Origin: Cetorhinus maximus
Taxonomy: Eukaryota
Reading direction: 5' to 3'
Length of the DNA: 64,000 bases
Assembly (NCBI RefSeq): GCF_964194155.1
Contig: NC_135896.1
Span: 40,610,001 to 40,674,000, forward strand
The notes under the pieces are model-generated. The model did no database searches and had not been told where the DNA came from. It saw only the letters and a program-made list of their open reading frames with translations. A program made the translations under genes and the position numbers. The stretch's first letter is position 1. The number at the start of each line of letters is the position of its first letter. Below are positions 50,946 through 62,722 of this stretch, in pieces.

Positions 50946-53900
50946 GGGTGAAATCATCCATACCCACTAGTGTTGGGCGTGTTTGGTGGCATGAGCGAAC
51001 AATATGGCGAGAAGGTCAAAAATTGGTTTCACGGTGTCGTGAAACCAGTTTGTGATTGTCCGCTCAGCCTGATGATAGCGGGCCGCGTACCCCACCATCG
51101 GACCATGGGAACATCATTGTAATACATCAGCATATCATTATAGGGCCAGCCCGCCAGACTCATTCCCCATCTCCCGCTGGATTGTCCGCCCACGCTGACG
51201 GGAAAACATGCCAGTGCAGAACACATCTTGACAATTGTGACATGCAGAAGTCGGGACTTACCTCACATGGCGGACATCTGAGGAACAGAAGTTGCTGGGG
51301 CCTGATACCAACGACACCCTGGAGGAACGTCCATGTTGGGTGGATTCTCATGGACATGGATCTTTTGCGAAGCAGCTCATGGATGTTGGATACTCACAAG
51401 GGATGATGGTCAAGGGGGTGGGAGAGGAAGGTCTAGGATCGACTGGGAGAGGAAGAGGTATCAGTGGGGGGTGAGGTTGGCAGGGGAGAATGAAGGTGTT
51501 GCGGGAATGAAGTTGGAAGGGGTGGAATGAAGGTTTTGGGATGTTGAGGTTGGGGGAAAATGAAGGTGTCGGGGGTGAGTTTGGGAGGGAGGAATGAGGG
51601 TATTGGGGGTGAGGTTGGGGGGAAACAAAGTTGTCGGGGATGAGGTTGGGAGGGGGAAGAAGTATGGGGGGAGGAGGGGGTGATGGGATAAAAGATGGCA
51701 ACTGGGGAGGTAGCTGTAAAGGGGGTGGACGGTGGAAGGGAAGGAGTTCAGAGGAGGAACGAGTGTGGAGAGGGAAAGGAGTCCAGGGGGAGGAAGGAGT
51801 GCGGAGAGGGGAGGAAGTCCAGGAGGAGGAAGGAGTGCAGAGAGGGGAGAGGGTCTGGGAGGAGGAAGGATTGTGGAGAGGGGAGGGAGTCCTGTAGGAG
51901 GAAGGAATGTGGAGAGGGGAGGGAGTAAGTGTTGAGGAAGAAGTAAGGGTGGAGGAATGTGTTGGGAAGGGGGAAGGAGTAAAGCTGGAGGAAGAAGAGA
52001 TGATGTCTGAGGGAGTCAGGAAGGGGGAAGGAGTAAGGCAAGAGGAAGAAGTAAGACTGGTGGAAGAGGTAAGGCTGGAAGAAGGAGTCATGAGGGAGAA
52101 AGGACTAAGGGTGGCGGAAGAAGCAAGGGTGTCTGAGGGAGTTAGGAAGAAGGGGGACTAAGCGGGAGGGGAGTCTGAGGGGGTGGAAGGACTAAAGGGG
52201 GGAAGGGGTTCCGGGGGGGAAGGGTTCCAGGGGGAGGAAGAGGTTCCGGGGGGGAGGGGTCTAGAGTGGGGGACTTAGATCTAGGTAAACATGCAAGGGA
52301 GGGGTCTGATGGGTCCATGACTGCCTCCTGGGAAGCAAACTGAGGAACGATGGAACGGTGAGAATGACTGAGGGCAGAGTGAGGCAGTACGGTAGGGTGA
52401 GGGTTCGACGGTAGCAGTACAAGGGAAGGCGAGGGTAGTTGGTGGGGACTCAGAGGCAGACACAGGCCCTGGGGGTGGGAAGTAGAAGGTCAAGGAGGTG
52501 AATGTGGATGGGGGTGGGATTTTCGTGAAGGAAGGAATATGCGCGTTCACCTGGACATCTCTGAAGGAAAAGCTGTTTGGTAGGCCACAGGTGGAAGGTG
52601 ATGCCTGAGGGGGTCAACTGTGATGGGGGAAAGGAAATGGGTGACTGGAGGAGGGGAAAAGACGGGGGAACTGATGAAAAACTGAATCCAGACCATGCTG
52701 TCCAAATCGAAAGTGAAACAACAGTCGTGGTGGGCGGAATCAGGTGCTGCATGGGAGTGGGATTATTGGGTGGGCAGAGATATGACCAACTCAGATGGAC
52801 AACTGAAAGGGAACCCCAGCCGGCAGCATTCAAAATACTCAGGACACTGAGGTGAGTGTGATATGTGAAGGATCCGTGTGTGTGGGAGAGTGCTTGCACG
52901 AGGCTCCAAAAGGCCCTGCCACACACACACACTTCTCCCTCAAGAATCACTCATTGGTCAGCTGCTCCATCTGCAGTGACAGAGGATGAGGTTGAGGGGC
53001 TCACGGGCAAAGGGAACTCGGAGGGAGAGGACAGACTCTGAGATTCCTGAGTGAATGACCCAGGGGTTTCCTGATGCTCGTCCTCCTCCCTTTGGGTGCC
53101 TGGGGGCCCTGGCCTGACTCCTTGAGGGGAAGGAGCACCTGGAGGGATGTCAAGATGCCCTCTTTCCCTCTCAAGTGGCCACTACAGGAACTCACCCATG
53201 TCTCCTATGATGGAGTCCGGGTCTGAACATATCTCTGCATTCTGCTGGAGCAGGGTCTCCATGGCGTCTGCCATCCTCCCCATGGAGACCTCCATACACA
53301 CACATGTGGGCACTACTTCATCAGAGAGCAGGTGGACGCACTCCTCCGACTCACGTGTCACTCTGTTGAGGGATTCCAACAGCTCTGTGTGATGCTCCCA
53401 CACCCTCTGCTGATTCTCCAGGATGAGTTAGAAGGCCAAATCCAGAAGGCCGTCTTCTGACTCGGACCTCACCGATACCTCTTCCCCAGCAGCCCTCTGA
53501 GTGCCGGGGAGCTCGGCTGAACCTGCCTCCTCCTGCTGTGGACATGTGTCCGTGCGGTGACCACCAGATTGTGAACCTGAGCCTGTTCTAAATCTAGTTC
53601 CCACTGAGGTCTATATCTCTGCACTGTGCAGGGTGTGGGTAAGCGCTGTGACAGGTCTTCCAGGCTGCATATTTCCATCTCCAATGGAGGATGTGTCCTC
53701 TTGACTGGAGGTGGAGACATGGATGGAGTTGAGGGCCTGGCTGGCTGAGGGTGTCAGTCGCTTGGCAGAGCTCCCTGTGAACCAACGTAGAGATAATTAG
53801 TGCATGGCAGCAGAGTCAAAAGCAGGAGAGAGAGCACTCACAGTTGTGTTGAGGGAGGGATGAAGGGGTGCAGGATCCTCACGAGTGTGTTCGCCACCGA

Positions 53901-54773
53901 CCTCACTGTCACCACTGGCACAGTCCATGTCCTCATCAGTCAGCGCAATATCACACTCCTCAAAATAAGTGAGGGGCCTAATGTGGGCCATTCCACCCCC
54001 GGTCTGGGACCGCTTTCTGTTGATGTGAACAGGCTTTTCCTGCATGAAAACAGTTGGAGACAGTGTGAGCAGGACACATTGCGCTGTGTGAAATGTTTGT
54101 GTGATGAGCGGAGACATGGACAGGATGAGGATGCAGCTCGAGAGGATATGAGCCTGATGGAGATGTGAGGGTGTGTGTGAGAGTTAGTGGTGTTGTTCCT
54201 TGAGGTGTGAGATCCCTATGGATGTGTGATGGGTTTGTGAGTGTGTGAGCTGAGAGTGATGAGGATAGTGAATGGATGAGACCATTCATCCTTTTTCGGC
54301 ACTGGGTGGCTGTCCTTTTTTGCAGGGCATTGGCACTGACCACTGCTGCCACCACTTCCCATGCTGGATTGGTGATGCCACTGCCCCTCCTGCAGCCAGA
54401 GAGCGGGTAGAGAACATCACGATGGGCCTCCATGGCATCCAACAGGCGCTTGAGGGACATGTCACTAAACCTGCGGTCTGCAGCCTTTTTGCCTTTCGGG
54501 GCCATCATGTCTTCCCTGCAGCAGTCATTGGCTGGAAGCACTGAGAGGTGTGCACGGGGCTAGACTTTAAATATTGTGCACGACGAGATGATGAAGCGGG
54601 GAGGTGAATGAGAGCCTGCCTGCCATGGAAACAGTGTGTTTCCCGGGAATGCGTAATTAATGTGGTGGGTTTGGGTCGCTATGGTGTTAAAAGCCACCAT
54701 TGCGGCCAGCCGGTATAGTGTTGTTTTAACTGCCCGCTACCGCACTTGGTACAAATCTGGGGCGATGCCGCCC
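50946..54773 (-). mobile_element. Harbinger derivative with three Myb exon remnants, no recognisable transposase
   Basis: Ends gggtgaaatc / gatgccgccc with aat/agt flanks. Exon 1 MAPKGKKAADRRFSDMSLKRLLDAMEAHRDVLYP..AWEVVAAVVSANALQKRTATQCRKRMN from 54505; exon 2 at 54039-53883 (EKPVHINRKRSQTGGG); exon 3 from 53774. Homologous to 42017-45402. Confidence 0.9.
51761..51940 (+). repeat. 36-bp purine-rich minisatellite (5 copies) within a ~1-kb G-rich tract
   Basis: Units such as gagtgcggagaggggaggaagtccaggaggaggaag. Confidence 0.85.
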
Positions 54774-56439
54774 AGTGTAACTGGTTCTCCCAGATATGAG
54801 GTCACATGACCCCCCACCTCTCCACTTTGGCTTTGACAAAGGATGTATATTTCTTGTCAGGATTCTTGAGGTTGTTAATGTTTCATCCATTAAGAATTTG
54901 AAAGTTTGCAGGGTGCTTTGTCCTAGCAGACTAGTAGTCTCCATTGGCTGGACCTGGCTTAGGAAATGTAGATGGCCTTTGAATTTGATCTGTGCAGCCA
55001 CAGGGGTTGTTAACCTCTTTTCAAAGGTAATGAGGTGCAAGGCGCCACGACACTGTCGAATAGCTCTTATTCTTCGAAAGTCACAGCCAGACATGGCTTC
55101 AGTCAGTTTAAAGTTTTCGTCCAGTTTTTAAAATTTTATGAAGTAGCCATGTTGATATATTTATATAAAAAATAAAAATGTAGTGAGAGGTCTTAGCTCC
55201 AGTACACTTCACAGGAGCATTATGAAACAAAGTATGACATCATGCCATAAAAGGACACATTAGGTCAGATGAGCTTGTTTGAAGCGGTAGATTTTAAGGA
55301 GATTCTTGAAGTAGGAAAGTGAGGTAGAGAGGCGGGGAGGTGTAGGGAGGACATTCTAGACTTTGGGGTCCAGGCAACTGAAGGCGTGTCCACCAATAGT
55401 GGAGCAATTAAAATCACAGGATGCACAAGAGGCCAAACTTAGAGGAACGCAGATATCTCTGAGGTTGGAGTTTTGGGTGACCTCAAGTTTACAGAGGGTA
55501 GAATGTTGGAGACCATGCTGAAATGTGTTGGAATAGTAATGTCTAGATTTAACAAAGGCATGAATGAGGTTTTTGGCAGCAGATAAGCTGAGAAAGGGCA
55601 AAGACAGGCAATGTTACGGAGGTGGAAATAGGGGTCTTAGTGATGGCATAAATATGTGGTCAGAAACTCATCTCAGGGTTGAAATTAATATCAAGGTTGC
55701 AGACAGTATAGCTTAATCTCAGACAGTTGCCAGGGAATGGAATGGAGTTGGTAGTTAGGGAACGGAGTTTGGAGTGGGGACCGAAAACAATGGCCTCAGT
55801 CTTCCCAACATTTAATTGGAGGAAGTTTCTGCTGATGTTGAATAAGCTGCCTGAGAATATGGTAACAGTGGAAGAATCGAGAGAGGTAATGGTGAGGTAG
55901 AGCTGGATGTCATCTAACTGCTTATATAAACTGGTTAGGATGGAGATGAAGGAATGATAAGTAATGTAGAAACCCTGAGTGGGGGCGTCCTGCTTCTCCC
56001 TTTATTGCTTCCTCATCTATATAATCTCCCATGATATGGAGGGTCTGCTCCTTGAATGTGGTCAGTCAATGCAAGGTAGCTGGACTTCCTCAGGTTATCT
56101 GTCCCTCTTGCTGTGTACAGCTAGAAGCATGTATTGATTCCTTGGTATGAATTTCTGGAAACTCATTGTACTTACTGTAGGCATTGCAAATGCAGAAACA
56201 CACAGCATACATGAGCTGGTGATGGAAAAGGTTAGCAGAAGGGTGTTCTGTACAACCTCCTAATGAAAGAGGTAGTGCTAGAAAGTGCAAAGTGCAACAT
56301 AATATGCACCCATGGTAATGTAAAGGTAAAGTGAAGGAATGAAAGTGAGGGAGCAATTTAGCAATTTATGATAGTACTTGTCAGTCTGGTGCATAAATAT
56401 GAGATTTCATTATAACCCTCTATCTTGCCTCCTGGAAAG

Positions 56440-56770
56440 TTTTTGATTTTCTCAAAACATTAAGGCCACATCCTCTACACAATGCTGATGGAATTTGCCA
56501 ACTCCTGCCACTCTCATTGCTGCATCAGCTGGTTCACATAACATCCCTGCTTTCAGATGGAGGCCTGCAGCAGGATTCCCGTCGTTGCTTCATCAAAGTA
56601 AAGTGCCCTGCAGCTCCTCAGAGTGCTACCAGATGTGTTGTTGGGTGGCAGATCATTTCTGCATCCTACCAAACTGCCATTTTCCCTTTCAAACCTGCAG
56701 AAGTATATGTATCTTCTCCCATTGGATGTGTTGTACAATCCTGGAGGTATGGCCTGCCTGATGGTTGACC
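56440..56770 (+). mobile_element. Possible ancient Harbinger transposase remnant
   Basis: Weak motif order resembling AGFP..F.N.K..HSL.V.MVC....IIS.....FP. Confidence 0.25.
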
Positions 56771-57534
56771 ATAACAGGTTAATGACATATGGGTGGTATC
56801 AGGACCATTTAACTTGGAAGGTTGGTGGTGTTGGGAGGGGAGAAATTGGCTCCAGTGTGTTACAAAACAAATTTTAGATTATTAAATATAAATTAAAATG
56901 TTGGAAATTAACAATTGTTATGATTGCCGTAGAGGCTGATAACTTTTAGAAATATATTTGAATTTCCAGTGACTGACTGGGAGGATCACGGGACAAGATT
57001 TCAAGTTTTAAGACTTTTACCACAATTAACAAACTAAAAGCAACATTGACTATTTCAGTAGGCAACTTAAAAGTCTGTTCTAGCAGTTTCAAAAGCTGCT
57101 TGTTCACATTACCTCAAGGGTTATCATTATATCATTATTAATACTTGGCTGCTTTCCACAATTTATCATTATCTCAGTAGGGATCCTAAGTTCACAGTTT
57201 GACTGACAGCTTGAAGAGGTTATTAAAAGATTATCTGTCTTTGATGTGGAGTTATAAATAAAAGTCTGTATGCTATTATAAGGGATTAAGTACTTATGGG
57301 AATTTAAATGTTTTGAATGGGCTTTCACAAATGGGAGTGATTTTGTTATAATAAAGCCTGTAATAGATATTTAGACATAAATTAACAATAAATATTTATT
57401 TCATAGATCGAGACAGATTCTGAGTCAGCCATGTGATGAATGGAAATTAGAGCCTCTACCATTACTATTCATTGCACTCATCTACAATATGCATGAAAAA
57501 GTGCATGTTGCAACAGCAACTCAGGCTGTTTGGG

Positions 57535-58245
57535 GAGGCCAGTTGGCTCAGTTGGCTGGAGGGCCGGTGTGGATCAGATTGGTGCTAAAAGCACAAGATT
57601 CAATTCCCATTCTGGCTAGGGTGGATTCTGGGCATGCCTCCTCACTCTATCCATGGTGGAGATTGTGGTACAGTGGGTTGAACCTGCCTTTGGGCAGAGA
57701 ACTGAAGGGGTTTTATTTCATCTGAGGTCTGTCCATGATGGATACTAGGTGAGTTCGCATGGAGTGTGTAAGGAAAAAAGGTAATGAAAGGGTTGGCATG
57801 AGTTGGCACAGAGGCTGTAAGAAGACATGGGGTGGGTGGCATGAGTTGGCATTAAGTTGGCATGGGGGCTATAAGAGGCTATTGGGGATGGTTAGGAAGC
57901 ATGTGTTAGTGTGAATGGGATATGGGAAGTGGGGGGGGGGGGGGCGGTGTGGTTGAGTGGGTGTGAGGGATGAGGCTAAAGGGCTGAATATTTAACAAAA
58001 CAACTGGGTCAAAGTTCCAGAGAGCTGAGGTGGGCCTTTCAAATAGCCCACCTTGGCATTTGGCAGCCCCTATGACTGTCTCCGACTTGAGTCTGGGGGC
58101 AGTAGGCCCGACTCCATCCCGCACCCCTTCCCCGCTGCTGTACTGAAGATCCAGCCATTCAGGGGAGTTTCTTCCGAGGTGGGTGCAGTGAACTAGGAGA
58201 TTTCCCGACTCCGTCTGTCCATGTTGGGAGTGTAAGTCTGGACCT
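57535..58245 (+). mobile_element. tRNA-like SINE head (57535-57725) followed by a MITE fragment
   Basis: A/B-box-like ttggctcagttgg..gattcaattccc. The 3' part is similar to 48440-48847. Confidence 0.45.
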
Positions 58246-58329
58246 GATTTCCCAAGGCCTATGTGGCTGCCTCAATCCTAGCAAAATGTATCACATCACA
58301 CTTAACTATATTATAGCTCATATGCCAAT

Positions 58330-58625
58330 TACATGCTCATTCTGCTAATGTCTTCCTGTATTTTGGTGCAGTCCTTTTCTGTATTAATCACACCCTCCAA
58401 TTTGGTGTCATCTGCAAATTTTGAAATTATACATCTGATTCCTGAGTCCAAGTCATTTATATAACTGGTAAACAACAGTGCTCCCAACACTGTTCCTTGT
58501 GGAACACCACTTCCCACCTTTTGCCAGTTGGAGTAGTTACCTTTAACCCCCTACTCTTTGTTTTCTGTTTTGTAGTCAGCTTGTTCTGCTGCTTATCCCC
58601 TGACTCCAAATGTCCAAATTGTGCT
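58330..58625 (-). mobile_element. CR1 RT fragment
   Basis: SGVPQGTVLGALLFTSYINDLDSGIRCIISKFADDTKLEG..QEDI. Confidence 0.9.
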
Positions 58626-59374
58626 TCAGCAGCATGATCATATTGGTGGATGATTATTATTTCATTGACGAGATGGGAGTGAAAAGAGAAGAATATTAGA
58701 AAACTATTCAAACTGAACTTGATGGCAGGCTGAGTGACCCATGGCATTTTTTGTCCTTCTCAGATTTCACTCAGGCAGTGCACAAACCAAATTTATATTG
58801 TTCATGTGGCGACCCTAACCTGTAACTAGCACTACAAACACACCAAGGAAAGGAAAACGTAACCCTAATAGAATTAAAATCATTAGGCTGACTGGAAGGC
58901 AGCATAAAATTGACAAAGACCATCTGCTCAATGCACATAACCTGCAGCTATTACCACCAGCTGATGTCAGTCACATGGACATTGGAACATTCGCACATGC
59001 TCCTCCCTCCCACCCCGGGGAGAAAGAAAGGCAATCCAAAAGAAAGACAATCCAAAAAGCATCCTGATTCCTCAGATAGATAGACAGGAATGCACACAGT
59101 GAAATATGGAGTTGAATATGAACATTTCTTTTGAATTGATGGAAGTGAATATCTCACTTGCTCTCTATCACCCACACATTATAACGTAATTTCAGATCTT
59201 TCATTCTGACAGTTAAGCACATGGCTCAGCATGTCACTGGAATGCAAACAGATTGGAATGAGGCAAATGATATTAACATAGATTTATCTCAATTAAAACA
59301 AAGAAAAAGCTGAAAGTGATAGAAATGTGAAACAAAAGCAAGGGAGGTTGGAAGTACATGATGGCCATTTGAAT

Positions 59375-59790
59375 TTACATAGTTCCTCTACTGTACAAAA
59401 CACCCCGAGACGCTTTACACAGAGGAATGAATGCTAAGGCATGGCAGAAAGGTTGGGGGAGATAACTGATCGGAAGATCAAAAAGACTAGTTTTGTGAAA
59501 GTTTTTAAAGGGAGACAGAAAAGTAGAGTGGAAGGGTATGGCAAGGAAGATCAAGAGTGTAGGGCTGAAAACTCTCCCACTAATGGTGGGGCAAAATGTC
59601 ATAGCTGGTCAGTGCAGTAGAGATGGAAGACCAAGAAACTAGAGGGGCTGTGAAGCTGAGGGATGTTGAAGGGAGAGTGAAGAGTTAGCCCACAGAGGGA
59701 TTTAAAGATGGATAAAAATATGTAATTTAACATAATTGGTGATTGCAAGGTCAATGTAGGTTAGCAAGGGCTAGGAGTGATGGATGAGCA
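59375..59790 (-). mobile_element. Degraded L2-like 3' fragment
   Basis: Reverse-complement similarity to 45700-46200 (cccactaatggtgggg, gatttaaag). Confidence 0.5.
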
Positions 59791-60599
59791 GATGCAGAAC
59801 AATCTTTAAAAGAAAGGAATGGGAGTCACTGACCAGCAGGTTGAAATTTACAAGCAGTTACAACTGCCCTCTGATTGACCTATTTTATAAGTGGCTGCAA
59901 TTTTCTGGATTTGTCTATTAAGGGCAATGGTCTTAAAAGCAGAGACCACTAATCATCGCAATTTTGTAATGTGCAAACAAGTCAATAGTTAAAAGTGAAC
60001 ACTGGATTGGGTGAGGGTAAAAGTGAATGTGAACTGGCTGACACTGTGGAGCACAGTGCAGTGCCACCTACTGTGGAGATGTAAATAGGATAACATTTAA
60101 ACTTGATAGTTTAAATTTGACAACTAGGTGTGACACCCAGCCAGGCATGATGGAGATTGCGTGGTGTGAGACTTCTTGTAAACACAGGGAACATGTACAT
60201 ATGCAAGACATTAAACACTGACCCTCTAGGATTGCCCTGGAGGCTCCAGGTCTCTGAGGTCGCTGCTGAGAGCAATTCAGCAGAAAAATCATAGAAGCAT
60301 TAAAAGAAAATTGTGCTTTCTTCATTTTCGTTGACCACTTTTGTTTATTATTTATAAAGATGTTGGAGATTGGAAAAAGAAATGGTTTAATTGGAGGTCA
60401 TGCGAAGAACTTTCCAGGATTATCTCTAGGGCACAGTACTGGTGGATCTCCAATGGCATTACACATGGATCAGCTGGGGTCTCAAGTGATTATCAAGGTC
60501 CTGTTATCGCCTAAACTTGCCTGTGACTCAGCTATCACTGTTGTACAATCAATTTACTGAAGCAGTTAGCTTATCTAACAGGACATCGCTCACAAGTGG

Positions 60600-61050
60600 T
60601 CTGAAGCCCATTCAAAACTGCTGAACATTTCCTAACTTACACCAAGCCCTGTTCACCCAACTCCCCTGTGCTCATTGACCCACATTGGCTGCCAGTCTGG
60701 AAATGCGACAATTTTAAAATTCTCATCTTGGTTTTCAAAGCCCTGAATGGCCTCACCCCTCCCTATTTCTGTTACCTCATTCAGCCTTAAAAGATTTCCG
60801 CACTCCTCCAATTCTGGCCTCTTGAGCATCCTTGATTTTATTCACTCCACCATTGGCGGCTGTTCCCTCAGCTGCCTGAGCCCTAAGCCCTTGAATTCCA
60901 CCGCCCCCCCTCCCCACCCCCACAAATATCTCTTCTCCCTACCTCTGTCTCCCTTAAAACTGGAAAACCTAACTCTTTGCATCTTTCTTAATCCTTCATG
61001 TGGCTCCATGCCAAATTTTGTTCGATAACCATCTTGTAAAGAGCCATAGA
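60600..61050 (+). mobile_element. L2-like 3' fragment
   Basis: Colinear with 45690-46170 (caaaact..gct, gacccacattggct, ttttaaaattctc, tctgg.ctcttgagcatcc, ctccaccattgg). Confidence 0.7.
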
Positions 61051-62322
61051 TGTTTTATCCCAACACAAACTTGAGAATACTTAACTAAGAATAAAAAAAA
61101 TGATGAAAATATTCAATAGCATCTTTGGGAGAGAGGCAGAGTGTTGGTTTCAGGTTGTTGACCTTTCATCTGAGCTGGTGGTGTTGGGGGGGCATTGGAG
61201 ATGTGACAACCTAGATAATAGGTTGTCCCTTAGCCTGTCTCTTTAAGGTCACAGCCCCTAAGAGAAATTGGACTAAGTTATGGCATGACTTAGAACTTAA
61301 TTGCTCTTGAGTGAAGTTTAATGATTACCAAATTCTTCAAATCAGAAGCCTTGCTCTTGTTGACACTTTGAAGTATGAAGTCTGGAGTGTGCTGACTGCC
61401 CAAAATATTGACTTATGTATCTCAATATTGATCAATAAATAGATCTTTAATGAAAGATACATCACATAAGCACACAAGTATATTATTTTTAGATTTGAAG
61501 TAATCTTAAATTTATACCTTCTAGCAAGAATTTAGCTTTTGCTACTTAACTCACTAGCACGGTTTCTAATTTTGAGTATCTCCATTAGACCTGCTCTTTG
61601 TTCAAATACAAGAGCACAAGAAATGAATTTTTTTCTTGTCTCTCTTCATAACTAAACCTTGTTGTTCCAGTTATGCTAAAATTGCATTTCTTTACTACTT
61701 CATAAAATATGTGCAATTTATTTGATTACACTTTTTTATGGAGAGAACAATTCAATAGAAACAGGAAATCATTAGCAGAAAACATTATAATGTCCCAGAT
61801 AAAATTGATTTTGATACGGAGACCGAAGCAGATAATGCTGGATACACAGAGTGCATCAGTCAGCATCTGTAGGAAGAACAGACAAGTTTATGTTTTGAGT
61901 TTGGATCTTCTCTTGTGACATTTTGTTATGGAAATCAATTCAGAGATTAGATTTGCTAGGTACACAATTAGAGATTTTACTTTTAATTATCTCCTTTAGT
62001 ATACTGTTCATAACCACATAATCAATCACAATTTCATTCACACGCTCAACCAAAACCTTGATGAAATTTTCCAAATTTTGGAAATCAAGTGCACCTAATG
62101 CTTGAGTTACTAGATCACTGGTTGATCTAGATGTTTGATTTATCTCTAATACAGCTAAACCCCTTTTTAAGTTGTCCCAAATAAAATAGTTTCGTTGTTA
62201 AGTAGTTAAAAAATTACTATCCATGTATTCGTTTTAGGTGTTACTTGCCCTGTCATAAAGTAATTGGGAACTGGGTGCAAAAGGTTTTTGGTAACTGACT
62301 GCATAGTTACCAATTGGATGAA

Positions 62323-62477
62323 TCAATGACAGGGCCCTCTGAAGTCTCCAAAGGCGAAGCAGAGCGCCATGAGGAAGGCAGTGTTGACCAGCACCCGCAC
62401 CATCCAGAGAGTGGTCTCTTGTTCCGCAGGAAGAAAGAAATTGAGGTCGAGATGCAGTCCAGTAAGAGGACAAGCAT
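62323..62477 (-). CDS. Candidate terminal coding exon of an unidentified host gene, encoding a hydrophobic C-terminus
   Basis: Acceptor ttgctgattttcctcctggttacag with branch-like ctgat. Phase-1 frame (D)ACPLTGLHLDLNFFLPAEQETTLWMVRVLVNTAFLMALCFAFGDFRGPCH* has high GC3 in an AT-rich context. Minus-strand AATAAA at 61722-61717. Confidence 0.5.
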
Positions 62478-62589
62478 CTGTAACCAGGAGGAAAATCAGC
62501 AAAGGCAACCTGATCATTTCAAGGGGTGAAACAAATTAACATGGATGAGTATAGGAGAAATTAATCTCGCAAAAATATGTCAACTGTAT

Positions 62590-62722
62590 GGACGGAAATT
62601 TAAGGTCCCTCCCACCAGCGGGATTTTCCGGTCCCACCGAAGTCAATGGACTTTTGTATGGCTCACTGTGTTTTACGACCTCAGCCCTGCCTCCAATACA
62701 GTGGCGTCGCAAAATTCCACCC
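62590..62722. mobile_element. Short Harbinger-type MITE
   Basis: ggacggaaattt / aaaattccaccc ends with a perfect TAT TSD. Core shared with 13666-13789. Confidence 0.8.

Larger units (their letters stand above)
50302..55206 (-). mobile_element. Solo LTR (pieces 50302-50945 and 54774-55206) split by a Harbinger
   Basis: tgttatgga...tccagtaca termini with a perfect 4-bp TSD cttc (50298-50301, 55207-55210). Strand is tentative. Confidence 0.8.
50233..55915 (-). mobile_element. L2-like LINE 3' fragment (pieces 50233-50301 and 55207-55915) split by a solo LTR
   Basis: (aca)n tail at 50233-50250, minus-strand PFLSLSAAKNLIHAFVKSR..YSN, and a DDIQLYL motif near 55900. Confidence 0.8.

Noticed and set aside
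51348-52161. S/P/T-rich and E/G-rich repeat ORFs on both strands
   Set aside because: Translations of the purine-rich minisatellite tract with no gene structure.
61085-61180. Further PLE-terminus/hammerhead remnants (also near 61830-61910)
   Set aside because: Too degenerate (core cagatga, stem III palindrome lost) to call as ribozymes.
62314-62529. Plus-strand 71-aa ORF
   Set aside because: Non-ATG start and no splice support; more likely the antisense shadow of the minus-strand exon candidate.
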